Below are positions 9,193 to 18,481 of a stretch of 64,000 nt of DNA, in pieces. The stretch covers positions 78,265 through 142,264 of the forward strand of contig BTVY01000010.1 in assembly GCA_045863335.1 (NCBI GenBank), in the 5' to 3' direction. Made by a program: the position numbers and the translations under genes. Under the pieces are notes generated by a model that saw only the letters and a program-made list of their open reading frames with translations, was not told where the DNA came from and searched no databases. This stretch comes from Candidatus Hydrogenedentota bacterium. Lineage in GTDB: Bacteria; Hydrogenedentota; Hydrogenedentia; Hydrogenedentales; SLHB01. The first letter of the stretch is position 1. Each line of letters opens with the position of its first letter.

Positions 9193-9990
9193 GTGACGGC
9201 GTTCATCTACACCTTCGGCGCCACCGGCCGGGTGAGCCTCAACGCGCTCTATGCTCTGTCCCGCGTGTGCGTGCTGATCGTCGAAACCGTCAACTGGACC
9301 CTCGTGCAACCCCTTCGAGGACGTGGGCTCCGCATGAAAGCGGTCGTGTTCAACCTGGTCGAATACGGGGTTAATTCACTGCCCATTGTCGGCCTAATTT
9401 GTTTTCTCATCGGGGCGATCATGGCCATGCAATCGGCCTACCAGCTTGCCCGATTCGGCGCCACGCAGTACATCGCAAATCTCGTGGGTGTCGCATCCAT
9501 GCGTGAACTCGCGCCGCTGATGACCGCGATTCTATTGACTGGCCGGAGTGGTTCGGCCATCGCCGCCGAAATCGGCACGATGAAAGTCGCCGAAGAGATC
9601 GACGCCCTTGAAGTGATGGGGCTGAATCCCACCAAGTTCCTCATCGTGCCCAAATTTCTGGCCATGCTGATTGCCATACCTTGCCTCACCATCCTCGCGA
9701 CCTTCATCATGATCCTTGGCGGCTACATGTTGTCTGTTTTCGCACTTGGCGTCGACTCCGACCTCTACCTGAACAACACCGCGCGCGCCCTGCAGATGAA
9801 GGACTTCGCGACCGGGTTCACGAAGAGCGTTTTCTTTGCGGTGGTCATCTGCTGGGTGGGCGTCTATCGGGGATTTCAAGTGGAAGGCGGCGCGGAGGGT
9901 GTCGGTAAAATGACGACCTCCTCCGTCGTGACATCGATATTTCTGATCATATTGGTAGACCTGGTGTTTACGGCCTTGTTCTTCTTCTGA
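9193..9990 (+). CDS. mlaE: MlaE-family ABC transporter permease
   Basis: RELAPLMTAILLTGRSGSAIAAEIGTMKVAEEIDALEVMG and GGAEGVG signatures. Confidence 0.92.
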   Translation: MTAFIYTFGATGRVSLNALYALSRVCVLIVETVNWTLVQPLRGRGLRMKAVVFNLVEYGVNSLPIVGLICFLIGAIMAMQSAYQLARFGATQYIANLVGVASMRELAPLMTAILLTGRSGSAIAAEIGTMKVAEEIDALEVMGLNPTKFLIVPKFLAMLIAIPCLTILATFIMILGGYMLSVFALGVDSDLYLNNTARALQMKDFATGFTKSVFFAVVICWVGVYRGFQVEGGAEGVGKMTTSSVVTSIFLIILVDLVFTALFFF

Positions 9991-9994
9991 CGCG

Positions 9995-10813
9995 ATGAAC
10001 GATACGTCTGAACATATCATCGAAGTGCGCGACCTCGTCGTGAAGTACGGGGACCGCACCGTGCTCGACGGATTGAACTTCAAAATCCGCCGGGGGGAGA
10101 CCTTCGTCATTCTCGGCGGAAGCGGGTGCGGCAAGAGCACGCTGCTCCGCAATCTGGTGGGGCTCATGCGGCCGTACTCCGGCGAAATCCTGTTCAACGG
10201 GCGCGACATTACGACCATGACCGACGACGAACGCATCGAGGTGCGCAAACGCGTCGGCATGTGTTTCCAAGGGTCGGCCCTGTTCAACTCCATGTCGCTG
10301 GCGGACAATGTCGCCTTGCCTTTGCGCGAGCACACCCGCCTCGCGAGTTCGACCATCGACATCCAGACGAAGATCAAGCTCGCACTGGTCGGGCTGAGCG
10401 GCTTCGAAGAGTACCTGCCCGCAGAAATCAGCGGCGGGATGAAGAAGCGCGCCGGGCTCGCGCGGGCCATGGCCATGGACCCGGAGATCATCTTCTACGA
10501 CGAGCCGTCCGCCGGACTGGACCCCATTGTGGCGGCGGGACTGGACATGCTGATTCGAAAAATGCAGAGTACCTTTAACCTGACCAGCGTCGTCGTCACC
10601 CACGAGATGGCCAGCGTCCGGCTCATCGCCGATACGGTCTGCATGCTGAACGCGGGCCGGATCGTCGGCACGGGGAAGATTGACGAACTCGAACGATCGA
10701 AGGATCCGTTCATTCAACAGTTTTTCGAACGCCGTCCCGACGAGGAAAGCGATACGCGAGATGACTACATTCGCTCTCTGATGGGCATCGACGTGCCCGG
10801 CAACGCGACGTGA
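9995..10813 (+). CDS. mlaF: MlaF-family ABC transporter ATP-binding protein
   Basis: Walker A GGSGCGKST; ISGGMKKRAGLARA; YDEPSAGLDP; VTH. Confidence 0.92.
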   Translation: MNDTSEHIIEVRDLVVKYGDRTVLDGLNFKIRRGETFVILGGSGCGKSTLLRNLVGLMRPYSGEILFNGRDITTMTDDERIEVRKRVGMCFQGSALFNSMSLADNVALPLREHTRLASSTIDIQTKIKLALVGLSGFEEYLPAEISGGMKKRAGLARAMAMDPEIIFYDEPSAGLDPIVAAGLDMLIRKMQSTFNLTSVVVTHEMASVRLIADTVCMLNAGRIVGTGKIDELERSKDPFIQQFFERRPDEESDTRDDYIRSLMGIDVPGNAT

Positions 10814-10838
10814 ACGAGGGAAGGAAGAATAAGTAGCA

Positions 10839-11852
10839 ATGCCCGCGAAGAAACATGACTTCACCGCCGCCGAGATCAAGGCCGGGATGCTCGTTTTGGC
10901 TGGCATCACCCTCTTCATCGTGTTCCTCGGGGTGATCCAGGGCTACCGCCCCCCTGTGGAGGAGCATGTCTTTGTTTGCCGATTCAATGACACGCTGGGG
11001 CTCAACAAAGGCGCGGACGTGCGGTTCGGCGGGCTGAAAGTCGGCCGCGTGCGCAGCATCGAGACCGACTCAGAAGCGCCCGGTAAAATCCGGGTGGAGG
11101 CCGTGGTCCCGCCGGAATTACAGGTAAATGAGGAAAGCATTGCGTACGTCTCGCAAACCACGCTGACCGCAGAGAAGCATCTGGAAATTACGACCGGCGA
11201 ACCGGAGGCACCCCTAATGCCCGACGGCGCGGAACTCCCCGTGCGGGAAGGCGGATTGCTCGATCAGGCGGGTCAGTTGGCCGGCACAGTGCAATCGGCT
11301 ATTCAGGATATCCAGGCGCTGCTGGGCGTCGCGGAGGCCAAAGAGAAATCCGAATCCGGCGAACTCAACACAACCGTCGCGACGATCATCGACGACCTGG
11401 ACGTGGCCGTCAATGAAGGTACCGGTCTTGTGACCGACGCGCGGGACGCGGTAGACCAATACCGGGGCGACATCGACGAGATCCTCGACCGCGTGAAGGA
11501 AGTCAGTGAGTCCACGCGCGATCTTATGGCGGAGTTGCAGGACACAGTCGGAGACAGCAGGGAAGACGTGCAGGCTGCGCTGGAAAAGGTACCGCCTATC
11601 CTGGACAAAGTGGCGGACGTGTCCGAAGAACTCGATGAGATTGTGGCAAGCCTGCAACAAACGCTGGATCACGCGGCGTCTCTGTCCGGTGAGGCCAACG
11701 GCGCGCTCGTCGACAACCGGCCTGTGCTCGAAGATACCTTGATCGATCTACGCGAGACGGTGCGCTACCTTCGCGATTTCTCGCGCACCATTTCGGAGGA
11801 ACCGCAGTCAGTGATCCGCGGGAGCGGACCACAAGGACGAAAGGCGGAGTAA
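10839..11852 (+). CDS. MCE (MlaD-family) protein with long helical C-terminal region
   Basis: N-terminal TM; GLNKGADVRFGGLKVGRV MCE motif; heptad-rich helical tail ending EEPQSVIRG. Confidence 0.88.
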   Translation: MPAKKHDFTAAEIKAGMLVLAGITLFIVFLGVIQGYRPPVEEHVFVCRFNDTLGLNKGADVRFGGLKVGRVRSIETDSEAPGKIRVEAVVPPELQVNEESIAYVSQTTLTAEKHLEITTGEPEAPLMPDGAELPVREGGLLDQAGQLAGTVQSAIQDIQALLGVAEAKEKSESGELNTTVATIIDDLDVAVNEGTGLVTDARDAVDQYRGDIDEILDRVKEVSESTRDLMAELQDTVGDSREDVQAALEKVPPILDKVADVSEELDEIVASLQQTLDHAASLSGEANGALVDNRPVLEDTLIDLRETVRYLRDFSRTISEEPQSVIRGSGPQGRKAE

Positions 11853-12457
11853 TGGCTTTGATGAACAAACGCAGGAGGATGACGTCATTTGCGATCGGGT
11901 TGGCACTACTCGGCGTGGGAATTGCCGCCGTCGCAGCCGGTTGTGCCGGCGCGCCGGAACCGCGCTTCTATACCCTCGACATGACCCCTTCCGGGACTGT
12001 GGAACCCACGGTTAATGTGGAGGTGGACCGGCTTCGCGCGCAGGATGCGCTGACACGCGTTGACATCCTCGTCAAAAAGTCGCCCACGCAGATCGAGTAC
12101 TACGCGCTCGACCGATGGGCTGCCAGTCTCAGTGAACTCGTGCCGGAGAAGCTCCGGTCCGAATTGGGCAGCCACGCCAAGGATCGGCCCACCTTCGTGG
12201 TGAATGGCGAAATCCTTGCCTTCGAACAAGTGGATCGCGAGTCCGGTGCGGACGCTCACATCAAGCTCGACCTGACTTACCACCAGGAAGGAGAGAGCCG
12301 ATACGACACACCGCTTTTCCGCAAGCAGTACGAACTTTTTGCCCCTGCCGATTCAGCGCACCCCTCCGCCGTCGTCGAGGCGCTTTCAAAGGGACTTGAG
12401 ACGATCGCCGCGGAGATCGCACACGACGCAAGCGCACTCCCGGCCTCGGGCGGCTGA
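11852..12457 (+). CDS. PqiC-like ABC-type transport auxiliary lipoprotein
   Basis: Lipobox AAGC followed by RFYTL; DRWAASL motif; translationally coupled (TAATG) to the MCE gene. Confidence 0.8.
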   Translation: MALMNKRRRMTSFAIGLALLGVGIAAVAAGCAGAPEPRFYTLDMTPSGTVEPTVNVEVDRLRAQDALTRVDILVKKSPTQIEYYALDRWAASLSELVPEKLRSELGSHAKDRPTFVVNGEILAFEQVDRESGADAHIKLDLTYHQEGESRYDTPLFRKQYELFAPADSAHPSAVVEALSKGLETIAAEIAHDASALPASGG

Positions 12458-12517
12458 TTCATTGATGGGGCTACCTTGCTGTGATAAGATGGCGCTCCAA
12501 CCAGCCGAGGGGAAAGT

Positions 12518-13156
12518 ATGAGCGCGAGTAAGTCCGGCAAGCCGGTGAAAATGGAAATGCGCGCAGGAAGTTCCTGCCTCCTGAATGTCCTCGGCCAATA
12601 CATTCTCGTAGACCTGCTCGAAGTCGGCGAAGAAACCATTCGCGTGTCCTTTCCCGCGAAGGACTATCCCGTCGTCGGCATGGTCGTCCACCTCGATTTT
12701 CACGACGCAGAAGGCTTCGATAGTTACGAGGCCGAAGTGTTGGAAGGGCCCTCGCGGGCCGACTCCGGACTGGTTCTCTCGCGTCCCGCGGAGTCGCGCC
12801 GCACGCAACATCGCGACGCGTGCCGGGTACCGACCGACCTGACGGTTCAGGTGAAGGACCAGGTCCACGTGCGCCGTTACGACGCTTCCCTGCTCAACCT
12901 GAGCGCGGGCGGCGCTCTTATCGAGACGGATGCACCCTTCGATTTCAGCACCACGCTCGAATTGACGCTTTCGCTGCCCGGCGAATCGTTGCTCCGCGTC
13001 TTGGGTCAGGTCGTACACATTTCCGACGAATCGAAACGGAAGGAACCGGGGTCACGGCTGTTTGGCGTGCGGTTCGTCTCCTTGGACCCTGAGGCGCGGC
13101 AGACCGTTTCACGCTATGCCTGGTATCGCTTGCGGGAACTTTACCCAGCCCAATAG
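12518..13156 (+). CDS. PilZ domain c-di-GMP receptor
   Basis: RxxxR (RDACR) and N/DxSxxG (NLSAGG) motifs; GQVV..FGVRF. Confidence 0.85.
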   Translation: MSASKSGKPVKMEMRAGSSCLLNVLGQYILVDLLEVGEETIRVSFPAKDYPVVGMVVHLDFHDAEGFDSYEAEVLEGPSRADSGLVLSRPAESRRTQHRDACRVPTDLTVQVKDQVHVRRYDASLLNLSAGGALIETDAPFDFSTTLELTLSLPGESLLRVLGQVVHISDESKRKEPGSRLFGVRFVSLDPEARQTVSRYAWYRLRELYPAQ

Positions 13157-13314
13157 CCCCTCTCGAATCCATCTCGGTTCAGCAAGCTCGCCACTCTTAA
13201 GTCTTTACCGATAGCTATCTTAGAGTCTTCGCATGCACGATGGGCGAGTTCGTTTATGAAGGTACACGTTATATGGGGGGTGGTTGGTTAAATTAACTAT
13301 TGACGAGCACTCAT

Positions 13315-13330
13315 CCACAATATATTGTAT
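13315..13330. promoter_or_regulatory. NrdR-box-like palindrome
   Basis: CCACAATATATTGTAT matches the acaCwAtATaTwGtgt consensus; lies just downstream of TTGACG (13300-13305). Confidence 0.45.
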
Positions 13331-13370
13331 ATGGTGCGCGCATTAGGCGTTATTTGGAGTAGGTGCTTGC

Positions 13371-15140
13371 GTGTTTTTCGCGACTGAAAAGCAATTCTCG
13401 ACGGGATTTCCCGCGCTTGGCAGGTTGGCAATCTGGCTGCTTCTGGTTGTCGTGTCAGGTAGTCTGGCCGCACATACAGAGACCTTGCGTGAAAACGTCG
13501 ATGATTATTCGATTGCATCGTTCCGCAACGGCCGGGTCCTCTTTCTGGAATGCCGCCCGCCCGAAGGTGCTGCCGCAGAAGGGTTTCTGAAGCGCTATCT
13601 AGCCGAGGACGCGAACTGGGAGACGTACGCCGGTAAGGGCGCGGTAGCCATTCCATTCTCCCACCTGAATGCGGAAACACGCCGCAAGGTGCTGCTCGCC
13701 GTCTTTCGAGCGGACTACGTCGACGACGCCGGGTGGCACCATACCGTCGTGCAAGGTGGCCGGGATCAGGAAACGCTGTGGACGCTCTGCGAATGGCTGA
13801 CCGGCGTGGGCACGCATCACGAAAACGTCGCAAAGTTGAACAACCTGCCATCGGGAAATCTGCAAACCGGTCAGCAGATTCTGTTTCCGCGCGAGCTGCT
13901 CCTCGAGGTCATGCGCGAACCCACCGAGACGCCCCTAGTGGCGGATCTGGAACAGGCCGCGGAAGTGCCGGTCGATCTCGATCTCGCGCAGGCCGCGGAA
14001 GATCTCGACTACGTCCGGCGCGGGTCCTCCCAATACGCGGTCTACCGGTTGAAACCGGGCGAAGCGCTGTATACCGCCGTCGTTGTTCGTTTCACGGACT
14101 TCCGCGAGAACGCGGATATCCTGCGCGCCTGCGACACCGTCCAGGACGAGAGCCGCATCAAAGACGTGCACGACATGAAGCCCGGCACCGAGATATTTAT
14201 CCCCGTCGACATGTTATCCGACCGGTTCAAACCGGAAGGCAGCCGGCAGCGCCGGGAGTATGAAGAAACGATCGCGGAAGCAAACCGGCTGCGCGGGCAG
14301 GTCACGACCAAAGATCTCGAAGGCATCGTTGTCATACTCGATCCCGGCCACGGCGGCAAGGACATTGGGACCAGCACAATCAACCACGCCTACACGCTCT
14401 ATGAAGACGAGGTCAACTATGACATCATGTGCCGCGTCAAGCGGATTCTGGAAACGCAAACCCGCGCGAAGGTTTACGTGACGATGCTCGATCCCAATCA
14501 GGGATACGAGCCACAGGACGTGGAACGCTTTACGCTCGACGAAGACGAAAAGGTGCTGAGCACGCCGAACTACTGGAATGAGAACGCCAAGATATCGGCG
14601 AATCTTCGGTGGTACGTGGCCAATTCCATCTACAAGAAGGAAACCAAGGCGGGCGTCGATCCGCGCAAGGTCATCTTTACCAGCTTTCACTGCGATGCCC
14701 TCTTCAACGACAAGCTTCGCGGGGCCATGGTGTATCTGCCCGGTGCGGCCTATCGCAAAGATCGGGAAACCGGCTGGCCGCCTGGAGCCTATGACAAGTA
14801 CGCCGAGTACAAGGAGCAACCCGAAGCCCGTTCGACGGCCGAAGAGCGCCGGCGAGACGAGGCATTGTCCCGCAACTTCGCCGTGACCTTACTCGACGAA
14901 CTCGGCAAGGCGCAGATCAAGCGACATAACGTGGGCGATCCGATCCGCCGCGTCATCCGGCAGGATGGCGGAAAAGAATACGTGGTCGCCGTGCTCCGCA
15001 ATACCATGGTGCCTACGAAGGTTCTCGTAGAATGCGCCAACCTCACCAACCCCACCGACTGCAAATGGGTTTCCCAGCCCTGGTGGCGCGAACGCTTCGC
15101 CGAAGCGTATGTGGAAGCGTTGAAGGCATACTACCGTTAG
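13371..15140 (+). CDS. N-acetylmuramoyl-L-alanine amidase (Amidase_3) with LysM-like repeats
   Basis: LDPGHGG, EDEVN, SFHCD and VLVEC Zn/catalytic motifs; LysM-like ETLWTL..LNNL..LQTGQQILFP and YRLKPGE..MKPGTEIFIP. Confidence 0.85.
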   Translation: MFFATEKQFSTGFPALGRLAIWLLLVVVSGSLAAHTETLRENVDDYSIASFRNGRVLFLECRPPEGAAAEGFLKRYLAEDANWETYAGKGAVAIPFSHLNAETRRKVLLAVFRADYVDDAGWHHTVVQGGRDQETLWTLCEWLTGVGTHHENVAKLNNLPSGNLQTGQQILFPRELLLEVMREPTETPLVADLEQAAEVPVDLDLAQAAEDLDYVRRGSSQYAVYRLKPGEALYTAVVVRFTDFRENADILRACDTVQDESRIKDVHDMKPGTEIFIPVDMLSDRFKPEGSRQRREYEETIAEANRLRGQVTTKDLEGIVVILDPGHGGKDIGTSTINHAYTLYEDEVNYDIMCRVKRILETQTRAKVYVTMLDPNQGYEPQDVERFTLDEDEKVLSTPNYWNENAKISANLRWYVANSIYKKETKAGVDPRKVIFTSFHCDALFNDKLRGAMVYLPGAAYRKDRETGWPPGAYDKYAEYKEQPEARSTAEERRRDEALSRNFAVTLLDELGKAQIKRHNVGDPIRRVIRQDGGKEYVVAVLRNTMVPTKVLVECANLTNPTDCKWVSQPWWRERFAEAYVEALKAYYR

Positions 15141-15273
15141 GCCGGCTGATTCCGCGCACGCCTCGCCTCACCCACGGTAGCTGGGACCGCGTCTGGCAGG
15201 ATTGATCCTAACGGGTCCGGCACCGAAACTACGTCAACTGCATTGGCGTTCTGAGAACAGATAAATCGGAGAC

Positions 15274-15301
15274 GATTTCAAATTTGAGATCTCAGATTTG
15301 G
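15274..15301. repeat. Short degenerate 7-bp tandem repeat
   Basis: GATTTCA-AATTTGA-GATCTCA-GATTTGG in an intergenic region. Confidence 0.5.
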
Positions 15302-15394
15302 AAAAACGCGATATCAAGGCGCGGGCCCGGGCCGCTTGATCCGCATGCGATACATACGCCACAGTGGCTGGGGTGACACTCGAAGGATCAGGGA

Positions 15395-16759
15395 ATGCAA
15401 CAGACGCGACGAGAGTTTCTCGCAACGACCGCAGCCGCCGCGCTCGGTTCCGTCTCATTGAGCTACGCCGCAGAGTCGGCGAAACGTCGGCCGAATTTCG
15501 TCGTCATACTTTGTGACGATCTCGGATATGGCGATCTCGGGTGCTATGGACATCCAACCATCGAAACGCCCCGCCTTGATCGCTTCGCGGAAGAAGGGCT
15601 TCGCCTGACGGATTGCTATGCCACGGCGCCGGTGTGTTCGCCGTCGCGCGCGGGCATGCTGACCGGACGCAACCCCTACCGGTGCAACATCCCTGACTGG
15701 ATTCCCGAGGATTCGCCCATACATCTGCAACGCAACGAAATCACCGTTGCAACATTGCTCCGCGACGCAGGTTATCGAACCTGCCATAGTGGCAAATGGC
15801 ACTGCAACGGAAAGATGGACGGCTCCCAGCCGACACCCGGTGACCATGGGTTTGATCGCTGGTTTTCCACGCAGAACAATGCCCAACCGAGCCATGCAAA
15901 TCCCGTGAATTTCATCCGCAATGGCGAACCGATAGGGCCGATGGAAGGGTATTCGAGCACCTTGATTGTGGACGAAGCAAATGCGTTCCTCGACACGGTG
16001 GACGAGGATCCCTTCCTGCTTTTCGTCTGGTTTCACTCGCCCCATGAGCCGGTTGCTACAGCGCCATCTTTCCAAGAACGCTACGCCGGCGAGCCCGACG
16101 AGACGAAACGAATCTACTACGGAAACGTCACGCAGATGGACCACGAAACGGGCCGCCTCCTGGACGCCCTTGAAGCCCGCGGTTTACGCGACGATACCTT
16201 CGTCTTCTTTACCAGCGACAACGGCCCTGAGACTTTGAACCGTTACCGGGGCGCGGCCCGATCCCATGGGTCGCCGGGAAACCTACGTGGCATGAAGCTG
16301 CACATGTACGAAGGCGGCATCCGCGTGCCCGGGATCGTTCGCTGGCCCGGTCACAGCACCCCGGGCTCGGAGTCCGGGGAGCCCGTCAATGGTACCGACG
16401 TATTGCCGACCCTCTGCGGGTTAGCCGGTGTGTCTTTGCCGGACGACCGCCCGCTCGATGGGGTGGACATGGCGCCGGTACTGCGGGGCGAAGGACTCGA
16501 TCGCACGCGCCCCTTGTACTGGCGGTACGACCGGGCCTTGAGCGACGCCAAAGTCGCCCTCCGGGACGGAGATTGGAAGGTCCTCGCGAACGGGGAGTTG
16601 GACTCGATTGAGCTTTACAACCTTCGGGAAGACCCTGAGGAGCGGGAGGACCGTGCACTGTCTGAATCGGAGACGGCTAGTCGCTTAACCGCCAGGCTCC
16701 GGGAAATCCACCAGGAAATCTTGGAGGAGGCGGAAACGCTTGGAGGGGTTCCTGCGTAA
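15395..16759 (+). CDS. Tat-exported formylglycine-dependent sulfatase
   Basis: TRREFL Tat motif; DDLGYGD, CSPSRAGMLTGR, GKWH, SDNG and YEGGIRVP motifs. Confidence 0.93.
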   Translation: MQQTRREFLATTAAAALGSVSLSYAAESAKRRPNFVVILCDDLGYGDLGCYGHPTIETPRLDRFAEEGLRLTDCYATAPVCSPSRAGMLTGRNPYRCNIPDWIPEDSPIHLQRNEITVATLLRDAGYRTCHSGKWHCNGKMDGSQPTPGDHGFDRWFSTQNNAQPSHANPVNFIRNGEPIGPMEGYSSTLIVDEANAFLDTVDEDPFLLFVWFHSPHEPVATAPSFQERYAGEPDETKRIYYGNVTQMDHETGRLLDALEARGLRDDTFVFFTSDNGPETLNRYRGAARSHGSPGNLRGMKLHMYEGGIRVPGIVRWPGHSTPGSESGEPVNGTDVLPTLCGLAGVSLPDDRPLDGVDMAPVLRGEGLDRTRPLYWRYDRALSDAKVALRDGDWKVLANGELDSIELYNLREDPEEREDRALSESETASRLTARLREIHQEILEEAETLGGVPA

Positions 16760-16960
16760 CTGATTCCGGGACAATGTGTTGAGATACGAGTCTTTCCCTT
16801 GCCGTCCGGACGGGGACCACATGAGCGTTCGCGGCCTCATGCATGTCATGGAACGGACATGATTTCTTGGGCCTCGTGAATATATCGAACGGCGGGGGCC
16901 TCGGGGGTATCGCATCGAGCCAAGAATCTCGTTAACGTTTTGCAGTAGAAGGAAGTGAGC

Positions 16961-17590
16961 ATGGCAAAGGCCTACTCCGAGTCCCAAAGTGCCGATTTCT
17001 TGCGCATGTTGGAAAAACATCGGGACGAGTTCTACCGCTACGCGCTGCGTACGGTTTGGGATTCGAATGTAGCGGAAGACGTTTTCCAGTCGGCGGTGCT
17101 CGCGGCGTATGAGAACTACCACAAGTTCACGCCGGGCACGAATTTTCGCGCTTGGGTCTACCGGATCATCACCAACAAATGCTTTGTGGCGAACCGGGAA
17201 ACGAGCCGAACCTTCCAGCCATTGGAAAACGCTGAATTGAATCTTGTAACCGTGGAAGAGAAGCCGGGCTACGGCGACTTGCTTCGGAATCCATCCGAAT
17301 TTCTGGAGCATTGTGGCGACGAAGTCCACCGGGCGTTTCGTCGGCTGAGCACCGCCGAGCGGTCGTGTATTTTGCTGCGGTCGGTGGAACGGTTTTCATA
17401 CCAGGAGATCGCGGAGATTCTGGAGATGCCGGTCGGGACGGTGATGACGCACCTGTCGCGAGGGCGGGCTAAGCTCCGCAGTGACCTGCTGGATTACGCG
17501 CACGAAGAAGGAATCGTTCGAAATTATCCCCGGCTGGTCCCCCGCAAGGAGCTGAAGGATGATGGCAACAGAGAGCAAGGGACATTGTGA
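16961..17590 (+). CDS. ECF RNA polymerase sigma factor (sigma70 group 4)
   Basis: AEDVFQ, NFRAWVYRIITN (region 2); SYQEIAEILEMPVGTVMTHLSRGR (region 4). Confidence 0.92.
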   Translation: MAKAYSESQSADFLRMLEKHRDEFYRYALRTVWDSNVAEDVFQSAVLAAYENYHKFTPGTNFRAWVYRIITNKCFVANRETSRTFQPLENAELNLVTVEEKPGYGDLLRNPSEFLEHCGDEVHRAFRRLSTAERSCILLRSVERFSYQEIAEILEMPVGTVMTHLSRGRAKLRSDLLDYAHEEGIVRNYPRLVPRKELKDDGNREQGTL

Positions 17591-18351
17591 TGAGTACGCA
17601 GCAAGATAACCTGTGGTCCGCCTATCTGGACGGTGAGTTGTCGGCGTCGGAAGCAGCTGCTTTTGACAGCTCGCTGTCGCCAACCGAGCGAGAGCGATTG
17701 CAGGCCGAAGTCCGATTTGAGACCGCGATGGGCGAGATTCTGGGGCGGGCAGGCGGCTGTCCGGCGGACGTGTGGGGCCGGACGATTGGTGCGATTTCGA
17801 CGTCGACGGCACGACCCTCGCGGGAGACGCCTTGGCGGCAATTCGGCGCGTTGGCTGTCGCCGCAGTGCTGGTGCTGACGGTTGGTTTCGCGGTGTATCG
17901 CTCCGTGTTTGCCCTTCCGGTGTTTCTGGATGGCGATTTGGCTCCCGATGCACTTACCCATTTAGAGATTGCCTCCAGCGACGTCCGCGAAGTGAACGCG
18001 TATCTCCATGAACACGGCGTCACACTGACACTGCATCCGTTCGCGAATGGAGACGAGTTCAGCAGGCGGGGTCATCACACCGCTGTTCTGCTTGGCGCGT
18101 CGGAGGAAGAGTTCGCCGGTGACCAAGTGGCAGAAATTATCTACGAATGTTGTGGCAAACCGATCAAAGTGATAGTCGCTCCCAAGAGCGGCCCCGTGGG
18201 GGATGCGGTTCGGAAAGCCATCCGTATGGACGCCGTTCGCGACTATAGGACTATCGGCGACTATATTGCCGTTTTGGTTGGCAATCACCCGACTCGCGGT
18301 CTGCTCGAACTTCTGAGCGACGAACCGCCGGAGGTGCTCCAACACGTCTAG
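17587..18351 (+). CDS. Putative transmembrane anti-sigma factor
   Basis: Overlaps the sigma stop codon; LWSAYLDGELS ASD-like start, single TM, periplasmic domain with YECCG. Confidence 0.75.
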   Translation: MMSTQQDNLWSAYLDGELSASEAAAFDSSLSPTERERLQAEVRFETAMGEILGRAGGCPADVWGRTIGAISTSTARPSRETPWRQFGALAVAAVLVLTVGFAVYRSVFALPVFLDGDLAPDALTHLEIASSDVREVNAYLHEHGVTLTLHPFANGDEFSRRGHHTAVLLGASEEEFAGDQVAEIIYECCGKPIKVIVAPKSGPVGDAVRKAIRMDAVRDYRTIGDYIAVLVGNHPTRGLLELLSDEPPEVLQHV

Positions 18352-18481
18352 TTGCCGGGCACCGGTCTGAGCCACCGGCTACCGGACGCCAGACCCTGCG
18401 CATGCGCGTCCGGATCGCGTTATACCTGCCGCATCCGGACACTAGGTTGACTCCGTCAAGGCGGATGTCCATGGTGTATCA

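Noticed and set aside
13160-13365. Replication origin
   Set aside because: AT-rich, but only one imperfect DnaA box and no dnaA/dnaN context
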